NCBI GenBank assembly: GCA_029260905.1
Contig: JAJDCH010000003.1
Coordinates: 1,553-65,552, forward strand
Reading direction: 5' to 3'
DNA length: 64,000 nucleotides
From: Candidatus Levyibacteriota bacterium
Lineage (GTDB): Bacteria; Patescibacteriota; Microgenomatia; Levybacterales; UBA12049
Below, piece after piece: positions 47,416 to 56,404 of the stretch. The notes beneath the pieces are model-generated. The model saw only the letters and a program-made list of their open reading frames with translations, made no database searches and had not been told where the DNA came from. A program made the translations under genes and the position numbers. How positions within the stretch are numbered: the first letter of the stretch is position 1; the number at the start of each line of letters is the position of its first letter.

Positions 47416-48687
47416 ATGGCTACAAATACACAACAGGATTTAATTCAGCTTGAAAAAAAACTTCTTGAAAGACAAGACAAGCTCGATGATTTGAGAGATA
47501 AGCTTGACACTGAAAGAGAATCAATAGAGAAAAAAAGGTTGGACTACACTAAAAAGCTAGAGAAGGTTGCAAGTATGAGTCGCGAGGATGCAAATAAGCA
47601 GATTCTTGAAGAAACAGAAAAAGATGCATCAGAAATGATGGCAAAGATCATAAAAGACAAGGAAGAAGAAGCAAAAATAACAGGTGAAAAAAAAGCTCAG
47701 GAAATAATTCTTGATAGTATCAAGCATGGAGCATTGAAATTTATTCCAGAATATACAGTTTCAGTTGTAAGAATTGCTGAGGAAGATATTAAAGGTCGCA
47801 TAATCGGAAAAGAAGGAAGAAATATAAGGGCATTTGAACAAGCAACTGGAGTTGACGTTGATCTTGACGAGGAAGGAATCATCAGACTTTCGAGTTTTGA
47901 TCAGATAAAAAGAGAAGTTGCAAGACGTGCGCTTGAGATACTCCTGAAAGATACCAGAGTTCAGCCATTTAGGATTGAAGAGGTTGTCAAGCAGACAAGA
48001 ACTGAGCTTGAAAAAATAATGTCTGATGAGGGACAAAAACTTGCTCAAGAAGTGAAGGTATTTAATCTTCCATCAGATCTTTATCCAATTTTGGGAAGAA
48101 TGAAATTTAGGACATCATACGGACAAAATCTTCTAGTTCATACACTCGAGCTGACGAAAATAGGTACTCATATTGCAGCAGAGATTGGTGCCAATGAAGA
48201 CGTGGTGAGGCTTGGGTGTCTATTCCATGATATAGGAAAAGTGGTTGAGGGAGAGGGTTCTCACGTTACACTTGGTGTAGATCTTTTGAAAAGATACAGT
48301 TTCCCAGATCCTATTATAAATGCAGTTTGGGAGCATCATGAAGACAAGCCATTCTCAAGCGTAGAATCAGTTATAGTTCATATCGCAGATGCTATATCAG
48401 CAGCAAGACCTGGTGCTAGATATGAAGATATAGAAAAGTATGGACAGCGTCTTACTGATATGGAGAAGATTGCCAAAAATTATGAAGGCGTTGAGGATGC
48501 ATATGCTTTTGAGGCTGGCCGTGAGCTTAGGGTAATAATAAATCCAGGAAGGCTTAATGATGCAGAGACAACTGTTCTCGCAAGAAAAATTCAGGAAGAG
48601 GTAAGTAAATCCCAAGCTGTTCCTGGAGTTGTAAAAGTAACAGCAATCAGAGAGTTTCGCTCAGTCTTCCCAGAAACAACATCATAG
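47416..48687 (+). CDS. rny: Ribonuclease Y (no N-terminal membrane anchor)
   Basis: KH domain KGRIIGKEGRNIRAFE; HD domain RTSYGQN...HDIGK; ADAISAARPGAR; AGRELRV. Confidence 0.95.
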   Translation: MATNTQQDLIQLEKKLLERQDKLDDLRDKLDTERESIEKKRLDYTKKLEKVASMSREDANKQILEETEKDASEMMAKIIKDKEEEAKITGEKKAQEIILDSIKHGALKFIPEYTVSVVRIAEEDIKGRIIGKEGRNIRAFEQATGVDVDLDEEGIIRLSSFDQIKREVARRALEILLKDTRVQPFRIEEVVKQTRTELEKIMSDEGQKLAQEVKVFNLPSDLYPILGRMKFRTSYGQNLLVHTLELTKIGTHIAAEIGANEDVVRLGCLFHDIGKVVEGEGSHVTLGVDLLKRYSFPDPIINAVWEHHEDKPFSSVESVIVHIADAISAARPGARYEDIEKYGQRLTDMEKIAKNYEGVEDAYAFEAGRELRVIINPGRLNDAETTVLARKIQEEVSKSQAVPGVVKVTAIREFRSVFPETTS

Positions 48688-48706
48688 TTTGATCTCTTAA
48701 GAACTA

Positions 48707-48735
48707 TTGACAAACCCTCATTTTACTTGTATTGT
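48707..48735 (+). promoter_or_regulatory. sigma70 promoter of the HU gene
   Basis: TTGACA-17 nt-TATTGT. Confidence 0.62.
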
Positions 48736-48782
48736 TAATCTAATCGTAACTTTTAATTTAATAAAAAAAGGGGGTGATTAAT

Positions 48783-49055
48783 ATGACAAAAAAAGACCTA
48801 ATTGAAGTAGTTGCAAAAAAAGCAAACTTAACCAATAAAGCAGCAAGAGATTCAGTGCAGACAACTTTCAATACAATTCGCGATTCTCTTAAAAGAGGAG
48901 AGAAGGTTGTTATAACTGGTTTTGGAACATTTAGTATCAGATCCCGCAAACAAAGAGTGGGTAGAAATCCAAAAACAGGAGATAAAATTACTCTTTCTGC
49001 AAGAAAAGCACCAGGTTTTACAGCTGGAAAAACTTTGAAAAAAGCAGTTCGCTAG
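48783..49055 (+). CDS. hup: DNA-binding protein HU
   Basis: MTKKDLIEVVA, GEKVVITGFGTF, GRNPKTG, F.AGK.LK; SD GGGGGTG. Confidence 0.96.
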   Translation: MTKKDLIEVVAKKANLTNKAARDSVQTTFNTIRDSLKRGEKVVITGFGTFSIRSRKQRVGRNPKTGDKITLSARKAPGFTAGKTLKKAVR

Positions 49056-49092
49056 TTTTTAACTATCAGAAAGTTTAATTATTGAAACAAAC

Positions 49093-49126
49093 GGAGAAGT
49101 TCCCTGTCCTCAGGGAGCTTCTTTTT
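49093..49126 (+). terminator. Intrinsic terminator after HU (possibly bidirectional with rnpB)
   Basis: AGAAGTTCCCTG-TCCT-CAGGGAGCTTCT followed by TTTT. Confidence 0.78.
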
Positions 49127-49145
49127 ATATTTTTGAAGAAAAAAT

Positions 49146-49498
49146 CCTGGGAAGAGAGTAAGCCAGATTTTGTTTCTCAATCGCAATTTCTCTCAGGATG
49201 ATATTTAGTCATTCTGCCCGCCCTATTTAGGCGAGATGCCCTCAAACTTTGGTACTCGGGTAAAGCGCCTCAAGCGTACCGTTCGGAGGTTGCAGCAGGT
49301 AGGATTGCCCGTTTCAGTCTCACACGTTTCTGTTGCTCTCAAATCTTGTCAATTCAAAATTTGTTCCAAATCCCGTTTGGTGAGATAAAGATTTGGACAC
49401 TGGCAATTTTAATTGCTGGAGCTTTCGCTCCATCCCCGGCCTTACACCTGTCTGGACTTTCCTGTCGCCTTAGGCGACTAGCGATTCTTCTTCCCAGG
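49146..49498 (-). ncRNA. rnpB: RNase P RNA
   Basis: Minus strand: P1 CCTGGGAAGA...TCTTCCCAGG; CR-I GGAAAGTCCAG; CR-II AGCAACAGAAA; CR-III TGAAACGGGCAATCC; CR-V ACAAAATCTGGCTTAC pairing with CR-I (P4). Confidence 0.9.
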
Positions 49499-49536
49499 CA
49501 AAGAGAATTTTACTTTAATTTTTTGTAAAAAACAAG

Positions 49537-50403
49537 TTATTTGCAGATAGAACCTCCGATCTGGCTAAAAACGTTTGGAAGGTCAGATTCGGTTGGGGAT
49601 GAGTAAAATTGACCACTTGAAAGTGTTGATATTTGGCGTAAGAGCGCTTCATCGTCTGCATCTCCGTATCCAATTGTATGATATGCAGTTCGGTTTTGAT
49701 TATAGCCTGAAAATGCTGAGTCAAGCGTTTTTTGTCTAGCAAGACTATCAGGTTTAGGACGGTTTGCCGATCCATCGCTAAGAAGGATAATCACTTTTTT
49801 TATCCCATCTCTACCGCTTGCTGCTATTTCAATGTTTGCGAGATCAATTCCACAATGAATACAAGTTGATCCGCTTGCAGTTATTGTATCTAGTTTTTGT
49901 TTTATTGATGAGAAGTCGTTAGTCATACCACTTAGCAAGTCTCCATTTTCTGAAAATATGCTAAGTCCCACCCTATTCTCGTTATTTTGTGATAGGTTAT
50001 CGACAAAGCTTTTAGTTGCAGAAAGAGCGTTTCTTAGTTTACTTCCACCACCCTCACTCATGCTTCCAGAACGGTCAAAAATAATCATAACATCAAGCGG
50101 AGTGAGTGTGCAGCTATTGGTTGGTGAGTTAGGCGGTGGGGTTGGAGGATCTGTCGGCGCTATTACTTCTCCGTTAAAAGTGAAAAGCTGAAGAGCATTC
50201 TGTTTTGAATTATTAGAAACAGGATTTACTTTAACATCTGCCCCATTTGAATCTTCTTGAAATGTAATAGGCAGGTTGTTTCCAGCAAAGTTGTAAGCAA
50301 ATAGTGTAAGCAAAATAATCATAATAAAAATTGAAAGGTTTCCTATCCCACCTTTTTGAAGTATTAATTTGTTTTTAGAAAATTGCTGAAAGAAAAAGAC
50401 CAT
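49537..50403 (-). CDS. von Willebrand factor A domain protein with a pilin-like N-terminus
   Basis: MIDAS DRSGSM, GST, LLSDG, TIGYG; N-terminal QKG(G) plus hydrophobic helix; start 50403 lies 6 nt after TATACT. Confidence 0.85.
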   Translation of the reverse strand: MVFFFQQFSKNKLILQKGGIGNLSIFIMIILLTLFAYNFAGNNLPITFQEDSNGADVKVNPVSNNSKQNALQLFTFNGEVIAPTDPPTPPPNSPTNSCTLTPLDVMIIFDRSGSMSEGGGSKLRNALSATKSFVDNLSQNNENRVGLSIFSENGDLLSGMTNDFSSIKQKLDTITASGSTCIHCGIDLANIEIAASGRDGIKKVIILLSDGSANRPKPDSLARQKTLDSAFSGYNQNRTAYHTIGYGDADDEALLRQISTLSSGQFYSSPTESDLPNVFSQIGGSICK

Positions 50404-50444
50404 GTATTTAGTATAAATCAAGTCAAGGTTGTTGCAAAGAGAAA

Positions 50445-53405
50445 TCAGGCACTACAAACCATTTGGTATTCACAGTTTTTGCAAAACATACTCTTGTTGC
50501 AGTGAAATTCGCTTGTTGATATGTCATTTACTATTTCAAGAATTTTTTGTCTAGCATCAAATAGATCCTTAGTAGTTCTGGTCGTAGATAGCTTTTTTCC
50601 TTCTTCAAGATAGTAAAGAGAAAGTATTATTTCTTCAGGTTTTTTATTGAAAATCTCATCTTTTACTGTGGTTGCAGCTAAAGCATAAAATGATAGCTGC
50701 AAATCTTCTTTAAGTTTTTTTTCAGTTGGAATATTTTTTCCTGTTTTATAATCAACTATCTCAATCTTTCCATTTGGAAGTTTGTCAATTCTGTCAATTC
50801 TTCCACCAAGTTTTAGTTTGCTTGCCCCTTTATCAAGTCTTTCAAGCCAGAAGCTGAACGGAGTCTCAATTCCGATAGTGCTTGATTTTTTATCAGTATT
50901 TTCTCTGGCAAAATTAGTCAGCATTTTCTTAGCTTGTATAAATGATTTTTCTTCATGAGATCTGCCTGAGTATCCTTCTTTTATCCAATTTTTCTTAAGA
51001 AGTTTTATAATATCTGGCTTTTGATTTGCTGATAAGGATTCTGAGAATTCCTTAAGTGTGGAGTGAACACTTACGCCATAGCTAAGAGCAGGAGTTGGGG
51101 GAGTGGGGATACCTAGAACATATCTTAATTTATAATGGAGTGGACATGTTAGAAATGTTTGGATCTGTGAATAAGAGATGTAGTTAATGTTGGTTCTTGG
51201 TTCTTGGTTATTGGTTGTTAGTTCTGATTTAGATTCTTCGTTTTGAATTTGACTGTTAACAATATCTAACAATGTCAGCTGTTGGTTTGAAGTTTTCTCA
51301 GTTTGTTTTTTGACAATTGATTCAATCATTTCTTCGCCTAGTATTTCAGGAACAAAAGGAGATATTTTCCTTATTCTTTTTCCATCACCATAAAATTTCG
51401 CAGCTGAGAGGAAAAGTTTATCTTTTGCACGCGTTGCTGCGACATAAAAAAGTCGCCTTTCTTCCTGAAGATTTTCATCGCCTTCTGGCAGCTCTTCTCT
51501 GATCAAGTCTGTTGGAACTGGAATTTGTTCTCTTCGATTGCGACTTGGAAATCTATCTCTTACTAGGTTAACCACAAAAACATATGGGAATTCGAGGCCT
51601 TTGCTTGAGTGGATTGTTAGTATGTTAACTGCGTTATTTTCGCTCCAGTCAATATCAGTTGCAAGTGGTGACTCGCCAAGCTCCATTGATAAATTTATCC
51701 AATCAACAACTGCAAAAACAGATGAATCATCATGATTACTGGTATAGTTTTGGAGCTTTTCAAAAAATTTAGCTATGTTTTGAGCTTCCTTTTCAGTTCT
51801 TTTGGAGCCAGGATCAAGGTAATGTCCAAGAAGCCCCGAGTCAGTAAAGAAATAGTAAAGTATTTGTCCTGCATCAATCTTGGGAACTTTTTCAAGATGA
51901 TTTTTCATCATCTTGGTAATTTTTTTTATTTTTTCTATGCCACTTGATGTTAGCTTTGAGCTCTCAACATCCTCCATAGCCTCAAATAATGAAGTACTAT
52001 TTTTTTTAGCATGATTAAGAGCTGCTGCGATATCTCGAGCTTGTATATCAAAAACAGGATGTGCAATTACTCTATAGAGAGATGAATTGTCTTCAAAATT
52101 AGAAAGTGCTCTCAGGTATGCGATAAGATCTTTTATCTCATCTTGCTGAAAAAGTCTGCCAGGACCTAGGAATTGAAAAGGGATATGCGCTCTCTCAAGT
52201 GCTTTTTGAAATGGAAGCGAGTGGTCATTGGCACGAACCAAAATTGCAAAATCTTTGTATGAACGATTTGTTTTTCCTGTCTTGTGGGCAGACAGGTCTA
52301 TTTTTTCACGAATTTTTTCTACAACTTTTTCTGCTTCATCAACTGCTTTATTTTCATAAATAAATTCAATATTTTCTCCTCTTCTTTCCCGCATTGAAAT
52401 TAATTTCTTATCTATTTTTTCTTTTATCTCAAGCCGATCTGGATTGTTGTTTTGTATCAGTTTATAAGTGCTATCGAGAATATTTTGGGTTGATCTGTAA
52501 TTTTTTGTTAGAGTTATTATTTTTGCATCTGGAAAGTGTTTTTTAAACTGCATCATGTTGGCAACCGCAGCACCCCTCCATCTATAAATACTTTGATCAT
52601 CATCTCCAACAACCGTAATATTTTTATCCGTTCCTGAAAGAAGTATTGCAAGTTCGTTTTGCGCATAGTTTGTATCTTGAAATTCATCAACTAAAATATA
52701 TTGAAATTGTTTTTGGTATCTTAATAATATATTGGTTCTTTTTCTAAAAAGGTTTAAGGTATTACTGATGAGATCTGAAAAATCCATCACAGCTTCTTTT
52801 GTTTTTAGCTCTTCATATATTTTGAATGCTTGAGCAAGCTCAAGTGTTTTTCCTAGCTCTTCTTTTTGTTCAGGGTTAAGCGTAGAGCGTGAGGGATAAA
52901 GCTTCTCAGAATATTTTAGATATTCATCAGGTTTTATATCATCATCTTTAAGTCTTGAAAAGTGAGTCAGCATCCCTTGTAAAAATTTGGTTGGGTTGCC
53001 AAGAGGGCGGAAATAATTGAGATCAAATTTAAAAAGATTTTTTCGAAGGAAAAGAAGTGATTCTGCCTCAGTCATTAATTTAAATGTCGGATTAAGGCCA
53101 ATGTGAAGTGCCTCATTTCTGAGAATCCGATCACAAAAAGCATGAAAGGTCTCAATCCACATCTGAACAGCTCCATATGGCATCACCTCATCAATTCTTG
53201 TTTCCATTTCAGTTGCTGCTTTTTCTGTAAAGGTGAGTGCCAGGATATTGCTTGGAGGGACATTTTGATTTGTTATCAGGTGTTTGATTCTTTCAGTTAT
53301 GACAGTTGTTTTGCCAGTACCAGCACCAGCAATTATAAGAAGAGGTCCTTTGTCATGTCTTGTGGCTTCAAGCTGCTGACTATTTAGATCTTTGACATCT
53401 GACAT
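50445..53405 (-). CDS. UvrD/PcrA-like SF1A helicase fused to a PD-(D/E)xK (RecB-like) nuclease with Fe-S cysteines
   Basis: AGAGTGKT, LTFT, VDEFQDTN, VGDDDQSIY, NYRS, TIHSSKGLEF, EERRLFYVAATRAK; GRIDRID...IVDYKT; TCP...C..C..C.....C. Confidence 0.92.
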   Translation of the reverse strand: MSDVKDLNSQQLEATRHDKGPLLIIAGAGTGKTTVITERIKHLITNQNVPPSNILALTFTEKAATEMETRIDEVMPYGAVQMWIETFHAFCDRILRNEALHIGLNPTFKLMTEAESLLFLRKNLFKFDLNYFRPLGNPTKFLQGMLTHFSRLKDDDIKPDEYLKYSEKLYPSRSTLNPEQKEELGKTLELAQAFKIYEELKTKEAVMDFSDLISNTLNLFRKRTNILLRYQKQFQYILVDEFQDTNYAQNELAILLSGTDKNITVVGDDDQSIYRWRGAAVANMMQFKKHFPDAKIITLTKNYRSTQNILDSTYKLIQNNNPDRLEIKEKIDKKLISMRERRGENIEFIYENKAVDEAEKVVEKIREKIDLSAHKTGKTNRSYKDFAILVRANDHSLPFQKALERAHIPFQFLGPGRLFQQDEIKDLIAYLRALSNFEDNSSLYRVIAHPVFDIQARDIAAALNHAKKNSTSLFEAMEDVESSKLTSSGIEKIKKITKMMKNHLEKVPKIDAGQILYYFFTDSGLLGHYLDPGSKRTEKEAQNIAKFFEKLQNYTSNHDDSSVFAVVDWINLSMELGESPLATDIDWSENNAVNILTIHSSKGLEFPYVFVVNLVRDRFPSRNRREQIPVPTDLIREELPEGDENLQEERRLFYVAATRAKDKLFLSAAKFYGDGKRIRKISPFVPEILGEEMIESIVKKQTEKTSNQQLTLLDIVNSQIQNEESKSELTTNNQEPRTNINYISYSQIQTFLTCPLHYKLRYVLGIPTPPTPALSYGVSVHSTLKEFSESLSANQKPDIIKLLKKNWIKEGYSGRSHEEKSFIQAKKMLTNFARENTDKKSSTIGIETPFSFWLERLDKGASKLKLGGRIDRIDKLPNGKIEIVDYKTGKNIPTEKKLKEDLQLSFYALAATTVKDEIFNKKPEEIILSLYYLEEGKKLSTTRTTKDLFDARQKILEIVNDISTSEFHCNKSMFCKNCEYQMVCSA
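51191..51225. repeat. Heptamer tract in the helicase-nuclease linker
   Basis: TGGTTCT TGGTTCT TGGTTAT TGGTTGT TAGTTCT (ELTTNNQEPRT on the minus strand). Confidence 0.8.
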
Positions 53406-53432
53406 AGAGTTATTCTAACATAGAGAACACTT

Positions 53433-54170
53433 ATGAGCTACAAGAGTAGAGAAGAAAAATGGAAGTTTATAAAAAAGAAAAAACTTCAGGAAAATATATA
53501 TTCTTTTTATTTTGAATCAAAAAATAAATTTGATTTTTTACCCGGACAATATGTTCGATTGATTCTTCCACATGAAAAGCCCGATTTTAGGGGAACGGGT
53601 AGGTATTTTACAATCTCATCATCGCCATTGGAAAATTATTTAATAATTACAACAAAACTTGTTGAGAGTACTTTTAAAAAGACAATTTTCTCTTTGTCCC
53701 CAAATGACAAAGTAAAAGTATTTGGACCGATGGGAAATCTTGTTTTGCCTAAAGAAGATGGTAAACCGTCTCTAGTTTTTTTATCAGGTGGGATGGGAAT
53801 AACGCCATTTCGCAGTATTATTTCTTATTTAAATAAGAAAAAAACAAAAACTTTAATAACTCTTATTGCTTCTTTTAAAACTCCTGATGAGATGATATTT
53901 GTTGATGAATTAATAAAAATTTCAAAAAAGAATAAATCAATTAGGGTGATTTTTACAACAACATCCTCACATTCTCAAGTATATGAGGATGTTGCGGTAG
54001 ACAGGGGAAAGATTCACAAGGATCTGATTGAGAAATATGTTGAAAGTGTTTTTGAAAATAAATATTTTATAGTCGGCCCACCAGTGATGGTTGAAGCAAC
54101 AAAAAAAGTTTTGAAAACTTTGAAAATTCCAAATGAAAAAATAATAACAGAGGACTTCACGGGGTATTGA
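53433..54170 (+). CDS. Ferredoxin-NADP+ reductase-like flavoprotein
   Basis: FLPGQY, RYFTISSSP, GPMG, GGMGITPF, GPPVMV, EDFTGY. Confidence 0.9.
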   Translation: MSYKSREEKWKFIKKKKLQENIYSFYFESKNKFDFLPGQYVRLILPHEKPDFRGTGRYFTISSSPLENYLIITTKLVESTFKKTIFSLSPNDKVKVFGPMGNLVLPKEDGKPSLVFLSGGMGITPFRSIISYLNKKKTKTLITLIASFKTPDEMIFVDELIKISKKNKSIRVIFTTTSSHSQVYEDVAVDRGKIHKDLIEKYVESVFENKYFIVGPPVMVEATKKVLKTLKIPNEKIITEDFTGY

Positions 54171-54186
54171 GATTATAATAGAAAAG

Positions 54187-55530
54187 ATGAATAAAACAAC
54201 AGTAAATATTGTTGGTTGTGGGATAGTTGGCTTGGTAACCGCAGTTGTAATTAAAAATTTTTTACCAGAAATTATTATAAATATGTACGATGCTGATTCT
54301 CATCCAGAAAATACATTAGATTTAGTAGGTGTAACATTTGGCAAGGGACGAGATGCGAGGCATTTTACTGGTTCTGAAAGTTTATCGTTTCAGAATCCCG
54401 TTCATTCAAGAGCTCTTGTGTTGTCACCAGGCGAGAACAAAGATTGGGCTGGTTGGAAGTTGATAGATGAAAATCACTTGACAGACAACGAGTTAAAATG
54501 GCGAGCGGACAGTCTTAATAAATATTCAGGAGTCGGTCATGAGAATATTAATGAATACGATTATTTTCATGCACGATTTAATTATGCAGGGATGCTTTCT
54601 TGGAAATTTCTACAAGAACACATTCCATATTTATCAGAATATCAAATATCAAATAGTTCTGTATCCGTATTGTTTTTGACAAAAAATAATTTTGATGCTG
54701 ATTTATTAAGTGAAAAAATTTTTCTTGAAAGATTTGGAAAAAAATGTGGAAATGTAACTGATTCAGTAATTAAAAAAAACATTAAAAATTTGTTAAAAGC
54801 AGATGTTTATGAAAAAGGTCTTGAATTACCTGGATCATCTTGGCGCATAAGGTCTTTAGGTTTAAGAATTCTTTCCGAACTGGAGGAAGAGGGAGTGGTA
54901 TTCCATTGGAATAAAGAGATAGTTGAAAGTGAGGAATTGAAAGGCGATATCATAGTATGGACAGCAGGTACGACGCACAAGGTGCCTGAAATTTATAAAA
55001 AATATTCACTGATTCAAGGTATTGCTGGCTGTTGGGTAAGTATTCCAAATAAAGGTTTTGAAAAACCTTTTAAAATATCTCTACCACAACCAAGTGGGTA
55101 TATAAATTGTACTCCGGATAATGATGTTTTACATATCTCTGGGGGTTTTGGCTGGGTCGGTGAAAGATCATACAATGAAGCGGCTGAACTGATGAATCCG
55201 ATATGCACATCTTTTAAAGAGCAAATTTATCAATACTTTGGAATATCTATAAAAGATATGGATACTGATGGAAAATATCCATTAAGTGTTTGTATTCGTC
55301 CTGCAACACCGACTGGTTTGCCTGACGTAGGTGTAAGAAATTTTGATAGTATCAAAAATATAATTCTGACAGGTTCTGGTAAGAGTGGTTCTACGCAAGC
55401 ATCCTTATTAGCATTATACGCAATAGGCAAGATCGATTCTAAAATAATTGATAAAAAAATTAATCAAGAGCAAATAAAAGATGCAATAGAAGTGCTTGGT
55501 TCTCTAGATAAGGTTCATGATTTTGTTTAG
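54187..55530 (+). CDS. FAD-dependent oxidoreductase (D-amino-acid oxidase/DadA-like, divergent)
   Basis: IVGCGIVGL Rossmann; C-terminal CIRPATPTGLP...G..G.T DAO-like motif. Confidence 0.75.
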   Translation: MNKTTVNIVGCGIVGLVTAVVIKNFLPEIIINMYDADSHPENTLDLVGVTFGKGRDARHFTGSESLSFQNPVHSRALVLSPGENKDWAGWKLIDENHLTDNELKWRADSLNKYSGVGHENINEYDYFHARFNYAGMLSWKFLQEHIPYLSEYQISNSSVSVLFLTKNNFDADLLSEKIFLERFGKKCGNVTDSVIKKNIKNLLKADVYEKGLELPGSSWRIRSLGLRILSELEEEGVVFHWNKEIVESEELKGDIIVWTAGTTHKVPEIYKKYSLIQGIAGCWVSIPNKGFEKPFKISLPQPSGYINCTPDNDVLHISGGFGWVGERSYNEAAELMNPICTSFKEQIYQYFGISIKDMDTDGKYPLSVCIRPATPTGLPDVGVRNFDSIKNIILTGSGKSGSTQASLLALYAIGKIDSKIIDKKINQEQIKDAIEVLGSLDKVHDFV

Positions 55531-55534
55531 TTAA

Positions 55535-56380
55535 TTAATTAACCCCGATTAAAATAATCCCCAAAACAGACAGAGTAATTCCGAACCATTGGATTTTATT
55601 AATTTTATCTTTTAAAAATATCCATGAAAGAATGATTGTAATTACTGTGTAGGAGGAGCTGATTGGAGTTACAATTGAAAGAAGCCCTTTTGAGATTGCC
55701 AAATAGTAAAACAACATTCCAACCTCAGTCATGGTTACTCCAATAAATGTTGGTAAAAAATTCTTAGATGAAAAGCTCTGAAGACTGCGACCCTTTTTGT
55801 CAAAAATGATTGCAACAAGTGATGTTAAGGCAAAGGCAAAACTATAGTAAACAAGGTAGCTATAGATATCGCTTTGGTTGATTGCTGTTTTTGCAATAAA
55901 GTCACTTATGCCAATAGCAAACGCTCCACCAAGCGCCCATATTATCCAATTGTCAGTTATAGATTTATTAAGTTTATTTTTATTTTCGCCTCCAACAAGC
56001 ACAACTGACCCAAGAATAATAATAAGGATCGCGATGTTTTGTAAAAAAGTTGTTTGTTCATTAAGAAACAAAAAAGAAAGTACTACTGTTATCAGGGGGT
56101 AGGTTGCCAAAACAGTGCCAGTTAGAGAAATCTGTCCCTTTTCTAATACATAATAGTAGCAGAGTAGGAGAGCGCCGACCAAAAGCGTGTGTGGAATTAT
56201 TTTTATTGAGGATAATAGGTCGGGATTGTGAGAAAGCGCAAATGGAACTATGAGAATAAGCGTCACAATGGCTCCTAGAACATTATTATAAAGCGGCGAT
56301 ATGTGATAGAGACCTTTTTTGGTAATTACACCGCCGATTCCCCAAAAAAAAGCAGCAAGAATTGATAATATAAACCACAT
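55535..56380 (-). CDS. EamA/DMT family transporter
   Basis: About 10 TMs in two repeats; YPLITVVLSFLFLNE, ILSWIFLKDKI. Confidence 0.9.
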   Translation of the reverse strand: MWFILSILAAFFWGIGGVITKKGLYHISPLYNNVLGAIVTLILIVPFALSHNPDLLSSIKIIPHTLLVGALLLCYYYVLEKGQISLTGTVLATYPLITVVLSFLFLNEQTTFLQNIAILIIILGSVVLVGGENKNKLNKSITDNWIIWALGGAFAIGISDFIAKTAINQSDIYSYLVYYSFAFALTSLVAIIFDKKGRSLQSFSSKNFLPTFIGVTMTEVGMLFYYLAISKGLLSIVTPISSSYTVITIILSWIFLKDKINKIQWFGITLSVLGIILIGVN

Positions 56381-56404
56381 AAAATAATTGTAGCAGAATA
56401 TGTT

